42,378 nucleotides of DNA. Source: Bacteroidales bacterium. Its GTDB lineage: Bacteria; Bacteroidota; Bacteroidia; Bacteroidales; UBA7960. Position numbers and translations under genes: made by a program. The notes below the pieces were generated by a model that was not told the origin of the DNA, searched no databases, and saw only the letters and a program-made list of their open reading frames with translations. This document shows positions 17,167 to 25,769 of the stretch, one piece after another (within the stretch, counting starts at the first letter, position 1; every line of letters begins with the position of its first letter). Where the stretch lies: NCBI GenBank assembly GCA_007120085.1, contig SKOK01000122.1, positions 1 to 42,378 on the forward strand, in the 5' to 3' direction.

Positions 17167-20100
17167 CTAATGTGCTAAACGTAGCTTCTCCAGTATTCTT
17201 AAGGGTATAACCATTGAACAGGGATCATTCTGAATGAAATACTTTAGCTCCTGCATGGCCTTTTCAAGCATGTAGATGTTGATCAGCTTATGCACCTGCT
17301 CCATTTCTGCAGGAATGATCTGTGCCTGGGCAACTGCTTCGGCATAGGTTTTGACAAACACCTTTACCACATTGTCATACCACTGATCGAGCAAAGGGCG
17401 CAGATAGTTATCATCAACAGGCACAAACTCCTTGCGCATGGTGTATCCTTTTTGGATGGCAAAATGGAAGGAACTAAGCATGGAGGCAACATCCTTTAAC
17501 GGACTGTGCTTGATTTTGCGCACGCTGAAGCTGCTCTCGAGCTCTCCTTCAAAATTGAATACCACAAAATCGTTCCCGGTAAACAGCACCTTGTCGAGCT
17601 TGTAGTTTCCGTGCAAACGGCATTTCAAGGCTGCAAGCTTTCCTGACTCCAGCACTTGCCTGACATATTCGAGGAAAATGTTTCCATTTTGTAACATATC
17701 CTGCAATGCATCAGCATGCTGTTCGGGAAGCTGCCCAACCATGCTCCCAATGGTGCGGAACGACTTCATGATATATGTTCGGAAAGCCTGGTAAAGCGAC
17801 TTCTGATATAAGACAGAGAATTTTTCAGGGGCAAAGGCAGACAGGTCCCTGATAGAAGCCAGTGCCATATGCATCTCAGCCGTTCGTTTAGCCAGCAAAG
17901 CTACCATATCCAGGAAGAAAGGCCCAATAAGCTCATCCAGGTCAATATCTTCAAAATAGCCTGTTTTGAGTATCTCTTCTTTTTCAGAAAGCACTTTATC
18001 AAAGAAAGCCTCAATGGATGTTTGTGTCATCTGCCACGCGGTTCCCACATTGGGAATAAACTCCATGAGCATGGCCATTGAGGTTGTTTCAAGGTGGGGG
18101 TTATGATAATCAATCCGGCCCATATACCGGGGCAAATGATGAAAGCCGGTCTTGCGTTTCAGTTGCTTGAACACCTCCACATCAGGGTTTTCGCCTTCCT
18201 GTGGAGTACGATACATCTTAAGGAAAAACTTATCACCAAACACTATGGATGAGTTGGTATGCTTGGATGCGACCATGTGCGGCATGAGAGAAGGTGATTG
18301 TTCCAGCAGTTTTCTGAGCTTATTGCCGGATTTTCCCTCAATGAAACCGTGTATGCCTTTCATCCTTGCTCTTCGGCGCAAAAGGTCGAAGAGTGCTAAG
18401 TTCAGCGACCTGTCGGCGGCACCGTCGTAAACCAAACCTTCTTCACCATCAATCATCACAGGGGAAATCACAGCACGTGGATGTGCTGCCCTGATCTCAG
18501 TGGCTTTGGTGTTCAGTGCCACAGATAGTGGCATTTGGTAAATGTCATTGGTGGCATCTATGATATCAAGCTGCACCAGGAAAAGGAAAGGGGTTAGCTT
18601 TTTATTGCTTACCGGGATCACATCAATGATATTCACATTTCGAAGTTTACGAACATCTCCGCGAAACCATTGAATATGCAACAAGTGCTTGTACAGTCTC
18701 TCCTTGATCTCAACCTGTAGCGCAATATCCATCTTTTGCCAGTCTTTTTCAGAGATCACGATAGGGACTTTGCTTGGTTCAGCACTTTCTGCTTCATCCC
18801 TTCCCGGCTTCTTCAATTCAAACCAGAAATAGTTTTTAAACTGCATCGCAAATGGCCAAGGATCTTCGGTGATGGCAGGAAAGCGATTGCGGCTGAAAGC
18901 CTCTATTGGCGTAGAACCGGCATATTCGGTCAGGTCGAGCTCTACGTGTTGTGAATAACGTGAAAGGTTAACCACTACCAATATGGCCTCTTCCTCATAT
19001 TCCCTTACAAAAGCAAGTATTTTTGGGTTGCTGGTATTTACAAACCGGATGCTGCCGCGTCCGAATGCCTTATACTGGGCTCTTTTGGCAATTACGCGTC
19101 GCTGCCACCAAAGGAAAGAAGATGGGTTTTTTTCATGGTTTTCGACATTAACCGTATTGTAATGATAATGATAATCAATGACCACCGGAAGAAAAAGTTT
19201 TTGTGGGTCAGCATCCGAGAAACCAGCATTTTTGTCGGGCGACCACTGCATCGGAGTACGCACACCATCCCGGTCACCGAGGTAATAATTATCTCCCATC
19301 CCTATTTCATCACCATAATAAATGATGGGTGTTCCGGGCATGGAGAGCAGCAGGATGTTTAGCAACTCTATGCTTCTTGTGTCGCCAGCCAGGAGCGGAA
19401 ACAGGCGGCGTCGGATGCCTACGTTTACGCGTTTTCGCGGATCAAGGGCAAAGGCTCGATACATATACTCGCGCTCTTCGTCCGAAACCATTTCAAGCGT
19501 AAGTTCATCGTGATTTCTTAAAAAAATTGCCCACTGGCAGTTACCTGGGATGTCGGGTGTTTGCTCCAGGATGTCCACGATGGGGAAGCGGTCTTCCATC
19601 CGCAGAGCCATGTACAAGCGTGGCATCAGGGGGAAATGGAAAGCCATATGGCACTCATCACCATCACCAAAATACTTACTGGCATCGCTTGGCCATTGGT
19701 TTGCCTCGGCCAGCAACAACCTGTCAGCATACTTCTCGTCAACGTATTTCCGAAGCTTTTTAAGATAGGCGTGGGTTTCTGGCAGGTTTTCACAATTGGT
19801 ACCCTCCTCTTCATAGAGGTAAGGAACGGCATCCAGTCGAAAACCATCCACTCCAATGTCAAACCAAAAATCAAGCACTTTGAATACTTCCTGCTGCACG
19901 CGTGGGTTTTCAAAATTCAGGTCAGGCTGGTGTGAATAGAAACGATGCCAGTAATACGCGCCTGCCACGTGGTCATATGTCCAGTTTGAGACTTCAAAAT
20001 CCTGGAAGATAATGCGCGCATCAGCATATTTGTCGGGTGTATCACTCCACACATAAAAATCACGATAAAGACTGCCCGCTTTCGATTTCCTTGCACGCTG

Positions 20101-20445
20101 AAACCATTTGTGTGCCGTTGAAGTATGGTTCAACACAAGCTCCGTTATGATTCGTAGTCCTCTGGTGTGGGCCTCCTTCACAAAGCGCCTGAAATCTGCC
20201 AGCGTGCCATAGTCAGGATGGATATCGCGGAAATCAGCAATATCATAGCCTCCATCTTTCAACGGTGAGGGATAAAAGGGCAACAACCAGATTGTATTTA
20301 CGCCGAGGCTTTTAATATAGTCCAGTTTTTTTATTAGTCCTTTGAAGTCTCCAATGCCATCATCATTGCTATCAAAAAAAGAGCGCACGTGCACCTGGTA
20401 TATAATTGCATCTTTATACCATAAGGGATTTGCCGGGAAAGCCAT
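17167..20445 (-). CDS. treS: Trehalose synthase (maltose alpha-D-glucosyltransferase, GH13) fused to a C-terminal maltokinase (Pep2/Mak)-like domain
   Basis: 1092 aa. Has the TreS N-terminus NPLWYKDAIIYQVHVRSFFDSNDDGIGDF. Has GH13 regions GFRLDAVPYL, LLAEANQWP and FLRNHDELTLE. About 500 aa of C-terminal extension match the length and placement seen in TreS-Mak fusions. Confidence 0.88.
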   Translation of the reverse strand: MAFPANPLWYKDAIIYQVHVRSFFDSNDDGIGDFKGLIKKLDYIKSLGVNTIWLLPFYPSPLKDGGYDIADFRDIHPDYGTLADFRRFVKEAHTRGLRIITELVLNHTSTAHKWFQRARKSKAGSLYRDFYVWSDTPDKYADARIIFQDFEVSNWTYDHVAGAYYWHRFYSHQPDLNFENPRVQQEVFKVLDFWFDIGVDGFRLDAVPYLYEEEGTNCENLPETHAYLKKLRKYVDEKYADRLLLAEANQWPSDASKYFGDGDECHMAFHFPLMPRLYMALRMEDRFPIVDILEQTPDIPGNCQWAIFLRNHDELTLEMVSDEEREYMYRAFALDPRKRVNVGIRRRLFPLLAGDTRSIELLNILLLSMPGTPIIYYGDEIGMGDNYYLGDRDGVRTPMQWSPDKNAGFSDADPQKLFLPVVIDYHYHYNTVNVENHEKNPSSFLWWQRRVIAKRAQYKAFGRGSIRFVNTSNPKILAFVREYEEEAILVVVNLSRYSQHVELDLTEYAGSTPIEAFSRNRFPAITEDPWPFAMQFKNYFWFELKKPGRDEAESAEPSKVPIVISEKDWQKMDIALQVEIKERLYKHLLHIQWFRGDVRKLRNVNIIDVIPVSNKKLTPFLFLVQLDIIDATNDIYQMPLSVALNTKATEIRAAHPRAVISPVMIDGEEGLVYDGAADRSLNLALFDLLRRRARMKGIHGFIEGKSGNKLRKLLEQSPSLMPHMVASKHTNSSIVFGDKFFLKMYRTPQEGENPDVEVFKQLKRKTGFHHLPRYMGRIDYHNPHLETTSMAMLMEFIPNVGTAWQMTQTSIEAFFDKVLSEKEEILKTGYFEDIDLDELIGPFFLDMVALLAKRTAEMHMALASIRDLSAFAPEKFSVLYQKSLYQAFRTYIMKSFRTIGSMVGQLPEQHADALQDMLQNGNIFLEYVRQVLESGKLAALKCRLHGNYKLDKVLFTGNDFVVFNFEGELESSFSVRKIKHSPLKDVASMLSSFHFAIQKGYTMRKEFVPVDDNYLRPLLDQWYDNVVKVFVKTYAEAVAQAQIIPAEMEQVHKLINIYMLEKAMQELKYFIQNDPCSMVIPLRILEKLRLAH

Positions 20446-20530
20446 AACAAGTCTTTGATTAATTATTATTGGTTAATAAGCGAAAATAAGAAAATCCGGT
20501 GGAATAATCGCATTTATTCATGTAATTAGT

Positions 20531-20538
20531 TATTTTTG
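20531..20538 (+). promoter_or_regulatory. Candidate -7 box TAttTTTG just upstream of the mscS ORF
   Basis: This TAnnTTTG match lies only 5 nt before the ATG at 20544. If real, translation may begin at the next ATG (20556, MHIIERV). Motif match only. Confidence 0.25.
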
Positions 20539-20543
20539 TAGAA

Positions 20544-21413
20544 ATGGAAACCGTTATGCACATAATTGAAAGAGTGAATAAGGTGCTCTCCTACCCTTTG
20601 CTGGAAATGGGTGAATCAGCCATTACCACATGGTTACTGCTATATATTACAATCGGGGTATTTTTGGTTTTTTTCCTTACGATCAGATTGAGCAAGTTCC
20701 TGGTAAACCACGTATTAGTGCGTTACACCAGCGAAATTGGTATCAGGCAAGCCATTGGAGGCATTGTCAGGTATGTGCTGATCTTCATCGGCTTACTGAT
20801 CATTTTGCAAACGGCCGGCATCAATCTCAGCTCTTTGACAGTTTTAGCCGGAGCACTGGGCATTGGTATTGGTTTTGGATTGCAGCACATCACCAACAAC
20901 TTTGTGAGCGGGATCATCATATTGTTTGAGCGGCCAATCAAAGTGGGTGACCGAATAGAGATTGGGGAGACTCACGGCAGGGTTGTCAGCATATCGGCAC
21001 GCGCCACCACGATTATCACCAATGACAATGTTTCCATCATTGTGCCTAACTCGGAATTCATGCAGAACAAAGTGATTAATTGGAGCCACAATGACTATAA
21101 GGTAAGGTTCAGGATTCCGGTTGACGTAGCCTATGGCAGTGATATTGAGAAGGTCATACAATTGCTGAAGGAAGTAGGTTTTGAAGATCCTGATGTGGAT
21201 GCAGATCCGCCACCAGCTGTCAGGTTAAAAAAGTTTGGTGATAACGGCATCCATTTCGAGTTGCTGCTCTGGACAACCAACGCCATTCATAACAGGGGGC
21301 GCTTTACCAGTGGTATCAATGTGCGCATCATCAAAAAATTCAATCAGCACGGCATTGTAATCCCGTTCCCGCAGCGAGATGTGTATATCAAGGAAGGGCC
21401 TGGTCTCGATTGA
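20544..21413 (+). CDS. mscS: Small-conductance mechanosensitive channel (MscS family)
   Basis: 289 aa. Has three N-terminal TM segments and the conserved PIKVGDRIEIGETHGRVVSISARATTIITNDNVSIIVPNSEF beta-domain. Confidence 0.85.
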   Translation: METVMHIIERVNKVLSYPLLEMGESAITTWLLLYITIGVFLVFFLTIRLSKFLVNHVLVRYTSEIGIRQAIGGIVRYVLIFIGLLIILQTAGINLSSLTVLAGALGIGIGFGLQHITNNFVSGIIILFERPIKVGDRIEIGETHGRVVSISARATTIITNDNVSIIVPNSEFMQNKVINWSHNDYKVRFRIPVDVAYGSDIEKVIQLLKEVGFEDPDVDADPPPAVRLKKFGDNGIHFELLLWTTNAIHNRGRFTSGINVRIIKKFNQHGIVIPFPQRDVYIKEGPGLD

Positions 21414-21447
21414 AGATTATCAATTGACGATCACCGGTCTACGGCTC

Positions 21448-22638
21448 ATGAAAATAGTAAAGAAACAGAAGCATATGAAGATACCAAAAAAGAGAGATAA
21501 CGATTATTCAACGGAGGCGATTCAGGCGCGCTTGCGTTTTCTGTCAAAACATGCGGGATATAAGCTAAATTCTTTGGGAAGTTCAGACATGGACCCCGGA
21601 TTAACCCAGGGAAACATTGAGAATATCATTGGTTTTTCGCAGGTTCCTGTAGGCCTGATCGGGCCATTAAAGATAAATGGGGAGCATGCAAAAGGCAACT
21701 TCTTCGTACCGATGAGCACTACTGAGGGCGCGCTCATTTCTTCTTATAACCGGGGTGCACGCGTTGTTTCCTTATCTGGTGGCGTTAACGTTGTCATTAC
21801 CAAAGACAGTATACAGCGAGCACCTTATTTTGTCCTTGAAAATGTTTTTAAGGCCAGGGAGTTTGTTGAATGGCTGGCAAATAATTTTGAAAGGGTTAAG
21901 AAAGTGGCGGAGAGCACGACTTCGCACGGGAAGCTCCTGGGATACGAAACTTTCGTACAAGGGCGGATCGTTTATGTTCGTTTTTCCTATTCAACCGGTG
22001 ATGCAATGGGAATGAACATGGTAACAAGGGCAACACAGGAGGCCTGCAAATACATCGGACAGCAGTTTCCGTTAAATGGCTTTGCCATTGAGAGCAACAT
22101 GGCTGTTGATAAGAAACCTGCTTATTTAAACACCATCCAGGGAAGAGGTAAAACGGTTACTGCCGAAGTATTGTTTAAAAAGAGGATCATTTCGCGCTTC
22201 CTTCATACCACGGCAAGAAAGATTGACCAGGCTTATCACCGGCAAGCCTCAGGAGCGCAAATGGCTGGTGCGATGGGTTCCAACGGACATGTCGCAAATG
22301 GTGTTGCAGCCATGTTCCTGGCTTGTGGTCAGGATATGGCCAACGTCAGCGAGTCATGTGTCGGGCATATTTATACCGAGGTGATCAAAGACGACCTGTA
22401 TGTATCGCTGCAGATCCCTTCCCTTGTTGTGGGAACTGTTGGCGGAGGGGTCTCTCTCCCAACGCAACGCGAGTGCCTTGAGATACTGGGTTGTTATGGA
22501 GAAGGAAAGGTGCGAAAATTTACAGAAATCGTTGCGGGTACCGTGCTTGCCGGTGAAATATCTCTCGCTGCGGCCATAGTGGCCGGTGATTTTGTTACTG
22601 CCCACGAACAGCTGGGAAGAAACAGACCACAGGAGTAA
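21448..22638 (+). CDS. Hydroxymethylglutaryl-CoA reductase, class I type
   Basis: Has IENIIGFSQVPVGLIGPLKINGE, STTEGALISSYNRG and TGDAMGMNMVT, which are class I HMGR catalytic-region motifs. The ORF-track start at 21379 overlaps mscS by 35 nt. I prefer the ATG at 21448 (the ATG at 21475 is also possible). Confidence 0.82.
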   Translation: MKIVKKQKHMKIPKKRDNDYSTEAIQARLRFLSKHAGYKLNSLGSSDMDPGLTQGNIENIIGFSQVPVGLIGPLKINGEHAKGNFFVPMSTTEGALISSYNRGARVVSLSGGVNVVITKDSIQRAPYFVLENVFKAREFVEWLANNFERVKKVAESTTSHGKLLGYETFVQGRIVYVRFSYSTGDAMGMNMVTRATQEACKYIGQQFPLNGFAIESNMAVDKKPAYLNTIQGRGKTVTAEVLFKKRIISRFLHTTARKIDQAYHRQASGAQMAGAMGSNGHVANGVAAMFLACGQDMANVSESCVGHIYTEVIKDDLYVSLQIPSLVVGTVGGGVSLPTQRECLEILGCYGEGKVRKFTEIVAGTVLAGEISLAAAIVAGDFVTAHEQLGRNRPQE

Positions 22639-22646
22639 AAGCCAGA

Positions 22647-23546
22647 TCAGTCAGCACGCCTGCGAAAATAACGTGCATTCTCCTCATCCTGGAAGCGCTC
22701 ATATATGTCGGCAATAAAACCCGCATACTCTGGCCGGGGATTTTGCTCATACAACCTCTTGAAATAGTTCATAGCAATCCGCAAATCGGTATTGACGATT
22801 TCGAGTGCCTCCAGCAGATGTGCATATTGTCGATGCGTTCGGTTTTCCTCATAGGCCCGCATCTCACGGTTATACATGCTTGTGGCCTCCTGGAAATGCT
22901 TCCTTGCAAGAAAATCGAGGGCTTCCTGGTTGTTTCTGTTAAGATCCAGAAGTCGCTCAGCCAGCTCAGCAGCTTTGGCAGTATTGTCAATCTGCCGGTT
23001 TAACTGCAAATAGAGGGTAAGCAAACCCTCATCCTGATATGGATTACCAGGCAACTCCGGCCAGAGATTCAGGGCCTGCTGAAGGTTCATACTTTCCACA
23101 AGTGTCTCAAATAAGCGCACCCGAAACGCATCGGCTTCCGCTCCATCAGGAAAGCGGTCCAGGTATCTTTCCAGGTTGGTAATCTCACGCGAAAGGTTAT
23201 CTATCTCCCTGTAGGCCTTCGCCAAAGATGCAAAGGTGCGGTCATCAGCAGCTTCCGTATGCCTTGCAAATTCCAGGTATTCAAGTGCTTGCTGTGTTTC
23301 TCCTGCTTCATAGGCTGAAACACCGGCACGGTTGTATGTCTCTCCATCAATTGACTGATTACGTGACTGGTGGGCTTCAATAAGCTGTCGGTAAAGGTCA
23401 TATGCGTCAGCATAATTGCCTGAACTGTAAGCCATCTCAGCTTCCTGCGAAAGATCAGAGAATTGCCGCAAAGGCGAACAGGCATAAAAGAATGAAAAAA
23501 GTATGAGAAACGTTATGCTAACTAGAATTTTTTGATGTAAAAACAT
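22647..23546 (-). CDS. TPR-like repeat lipoprotein, function unknown
   Basis: 299 aa. Has a signal with lipobox-like FSFFYAC. Helical repeat stretches are rich in A/Y/L/E (GNYADAYDLYRQLIEAH, QQALEYLEFARH). Confidence 0.65.
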   Translation of the reverse strand: MFLHQKILVSITFLILFSFFYACSPLRQFSDLSQEAEMAYSSGNYADAYDLYRQLIEAHQSRNQSIDGETYNRAGVSAYEAGETQQALEYLEFARHTEAADDRTFASLAKAYREIDNLSREITNLERYLDRFPDGAEADAFRVRLFETLVESMNLQQALNLWPELPGNPYQDEGLLTLYLQLNRQIDNTAKAAELAERLLDLNRNNQEALDFLARKHFQEATSMYNREMRAYEENRTHRQYAHLLEALEIVNTDLRIAMNYFKRLYEQNPRPEYAGFIADIYERFQDEENARYFRRRAD

Positions 23547-23595
23547 AATATGTCAATGGATTGGGCAGGTAAGCGACCTGAGATAAATGTGTGTA

Positions 23596-24651
23596 TTAAT
23601 TGTCGGCAAAGATAGCAATTGTCATCACTATATCGAGGATGTTAACAACGCCATCTCCATTTACATCAGCATTTTCAAAGCAAAACACCTCCGACTCATT
23701 TCCAACGAAGTAATTTATCATAGTTATGATATCCAAACCATTAACAACACCGTCACCATTGGCATCTCCAGGCTCTTCATAAAGAACCACTTCAACGCTG
23801 CCAAACCCAGGTAACCCCTGCTGATTTTGGACAATGGCCTCATATATTCCAGGCTCAGTCACCGTCAAAACATTTTCATTGCCGATCACATCACCTGTTT
23901 CGCCATGCAGCCAGGTATAGGTATAGCCTTCGAAGAACCCGAGTTCAAAGGTATGGCTTTCACCGGAGCATAACGGAATAAATTCGGGCAATTCAACTAT
24001 TGGAGTAGCACTGTAATCAAAAGCGAGGTCATCGACTTTGAGCTGTGACCCGGGCATCATCGTGGGTGACGCGGACGACAATATGACAATATTGATCGAA
24101 TCAGGCTCTGCAAGAGTTAGATATTGCATGGTTGCAGAGAAATAAGCGTATTCATCCTCTTGCGCGGTAAACTGTGTTAGTCCGAAAGCAATGCTGTCCT
24201 GGCTGTTGGTTGAATCATTATAACGGGTCAGCAGTATTGCCAGCAAGCCAAAGTCAGTGCCCGGTGTGCTGTATTTGTAATAGCCTTCAAGTTTACCAGG
24301 CCTGTCAGAGAAAGGCAATCCGATAAACTGTGTGTTTTCAATATTTTCAAGATCTATTTCAAGCGTTCCTAAACTAAGCAAACCGGGAATTGTTTCTCCC
24401 AAAATAGTTCCTGTAGTGATTTGTGCTGCCCAGTTTCCGGTATGGCTGTCTGAGGTTTTTTCTACAGTCTTAAGGAAAAACGGGAAGCCGCCGGTAATTG
24501 AATTGGGCGAATCCCAAAACTCAGGGTTGTCATTGTTTCCGGATGGCCAGCTTTCAAAGTTGCCATTGTGCACACCGGCTTGCGCATACAAAACTTCGCC
24601 ATCTACAAATACGAATAGAAGCAAAGAAATGATTAAAAAATGATATTTCAT
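23596..24651 (-). CDS. Secreted PCMD-like (putative carbohydrate metabolism domain) protein with C-terminal type I dockerin repeats
   Basis: 351 aa with a signal peptide. The N-terminal domain has NGNFESWP...FWDSPN...LPFSDRPGKLEGYYKY, a PCMD-like pattern recalled from memory. The C-terminus has two Ca-binding dockerin loops, DANGDGVVNGLDIITMINYF and DVNGDGVVNILDIVMTIAIF. Confidence 0.7.
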   Translation of the reverse strand: MKYHFLIISLLLFVFVDGEVLYAQAGVHNGNFESWPSGNNDNPEFWDSPNSITGGFPFFLKTVEKTSDSHTGNWAAQITTGTILGETIPGLLSLGTLEIDLENIENTQFIGLPFSDRPGKLEGYYKYSTPGTDFGLLAILLTRYNDSTNSQDSIAFGLTQFTAQEDEYAYFSATMQYLTLAEPDSINIVILSSASPTMMPGSQLKVDDLAFDYSATPIVELPEFIPLCSGESHTFELGFFEGYTYTWLHGETGDVIGNENVLTVTEPGIYEAIVQNQQGLPGFGSVEVVLYEEPGDANGDGVVNGLDIITMINYFVGNESEVFCFENADVNGDGVVNILDIVMTIAIFADN

Positions 24652-24686
24652 AATGAAATGTTTTAGTCAAAGAATTTGTTGCACTG

Positions 24687-24694
24687 CAAAACTA
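24687..24694 (-). promoter_or_regulatory. Candidate -7 box TAgtTTTG upstream of the PCMD/dockerin gene
   Basis: The reverse complement of caaaacta matches TAnnTTTG, 36 nt upstream of the ATG at 24651. Motif match only. Confidence 0.3.
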
Positions 24695-24726
24695 CAAATA
24701 ATCTACCACGCTTGTAAATCAATTGT

Positions 24727-25581
24727 TTATTTTTTGGTCATTTTTGTCTTGAGCTTCCCTACTTCTTTTAACACCTTTTTATTCTCTTTGTTGAGCTTCC
24801 GCTGAATCTTTTTAATATCCCCTGCTGATGGTAAGTTTTCAGGTTTAATACCACGGCCCAACAACATTTTCCTTACGGCAGTATTGTTATCAACATGTTC
24901 TTTTTCAATCGAATGATGCCCCCTGAGATCTTTACCACGTGTATTCAGGCTCGTCATTTCTGCGGCCAGGTCTTTTGATTTTATGCTAATTGTAGGCAAA
25001 AAGTCAGCAACCGGACGCTTTTCGGGAATCCCCATTTTTTCTTTAAGCTTTGAGGTAGGTAACAGAAACAAAGCCTGATCCCCCTTTGACCGGATTACTG
25101 CAAAGCCTTTCTCACTAATGCCTCGTTCATAGAGAATTGCAGAAAGTTGTTGTTCTGTTTGTGAAAGTTTTTCTCTTGCTTTAACCCTCTCGTGTTCAAG
25201 ATATCTTTGCTCAACTATCTCAGCTCTACGGGTTTGCACAGCAAAATAATTCTGCGCGAAAGCAATTTGTGGTTTTCGGGCATCGCCATTTTGTGCAATT
25301 AAGTAGCATGCATAGCGTGTGAGGAGGGTGTCATCTATCTCTTTTTCAGCACCTTTGGGCATGGTTATCGTTTTCCTGACGTCAGGAAAATGATCGGTTA
25401 TTTTGCCCCCTGCATTGGCACAGGAATCCTTGCCCTTTTCAATTACCTTCTCAAAGTTTTCCCATTTGCTGTAACCTAATAGCTTTTGTAATTCCCTGGC
25501 ACTCCAGCATTCAACGCCATCTATTGTAAAAGACGCTGCTTCAAACTTTGCAAATAACTCTTTAATTTCTTCTGTTTTCAT
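24727..25581 (-). CDS. dinD: DNA damage-inducible protein D (DinD) homologue
   Basis: [36 protein letters not shown] and FAVQTRRAE are collinear with E. coli DinD (recalled sequence). The ORF-track start is a TTG at 25647; I use the ATG at 25581 ([10 protein letters not shown]). Confidence 0.78.
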   Translation of the reverse strand: MKTEEIKELFAKFEAASFTIDGVECWSARELQKLLGYSKWENFEKVIEKGKDSCANAGGKITDHFPDVRKTITMPKGAEKEIDDTLLTRYACYLIAQNGDARKPQIAFAQNYFAVQTRRAEIVEQRYLEHERVKAREKLSQTEQQLSAILYERGISEKGFAVIRSKGDQALFLLPTSKLKEKMGIPEKRPVADFLPTISIKSKDLAAEMTSLNTRGKDLRGHHSIEKEHVDNNTAVRKMLLGRGIKPENLPSAGDIKKIQRKLNKENKKVLKEVGKLKTKMTKK

Positions 25582-25769
25582 AACTGTCCTGTTTAGTATT
25601 AAACAATATATACGCAGTATAAGATAATATATCTTAATTTTTAGCAAATATATACAACATATTAAACAGGTTTATTAGTACAGGTACATTATTTACCAAC
25701 ATGATGCTCTAAATGGAATTTTATAGTTTGTTTCTTGTTAGTTCACAGCTATTTCATTTCGCTAAACGT

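Noticed and set aside
25582-25769. Search for an SOS/LexA box upstream of dinD
   Set aside because: No CTGT-N8-ACAG-type motif was found. Only an AT-rich palindrome, taagata-N3-tatctta, is present, which may be chance in such AT-rich DNA.
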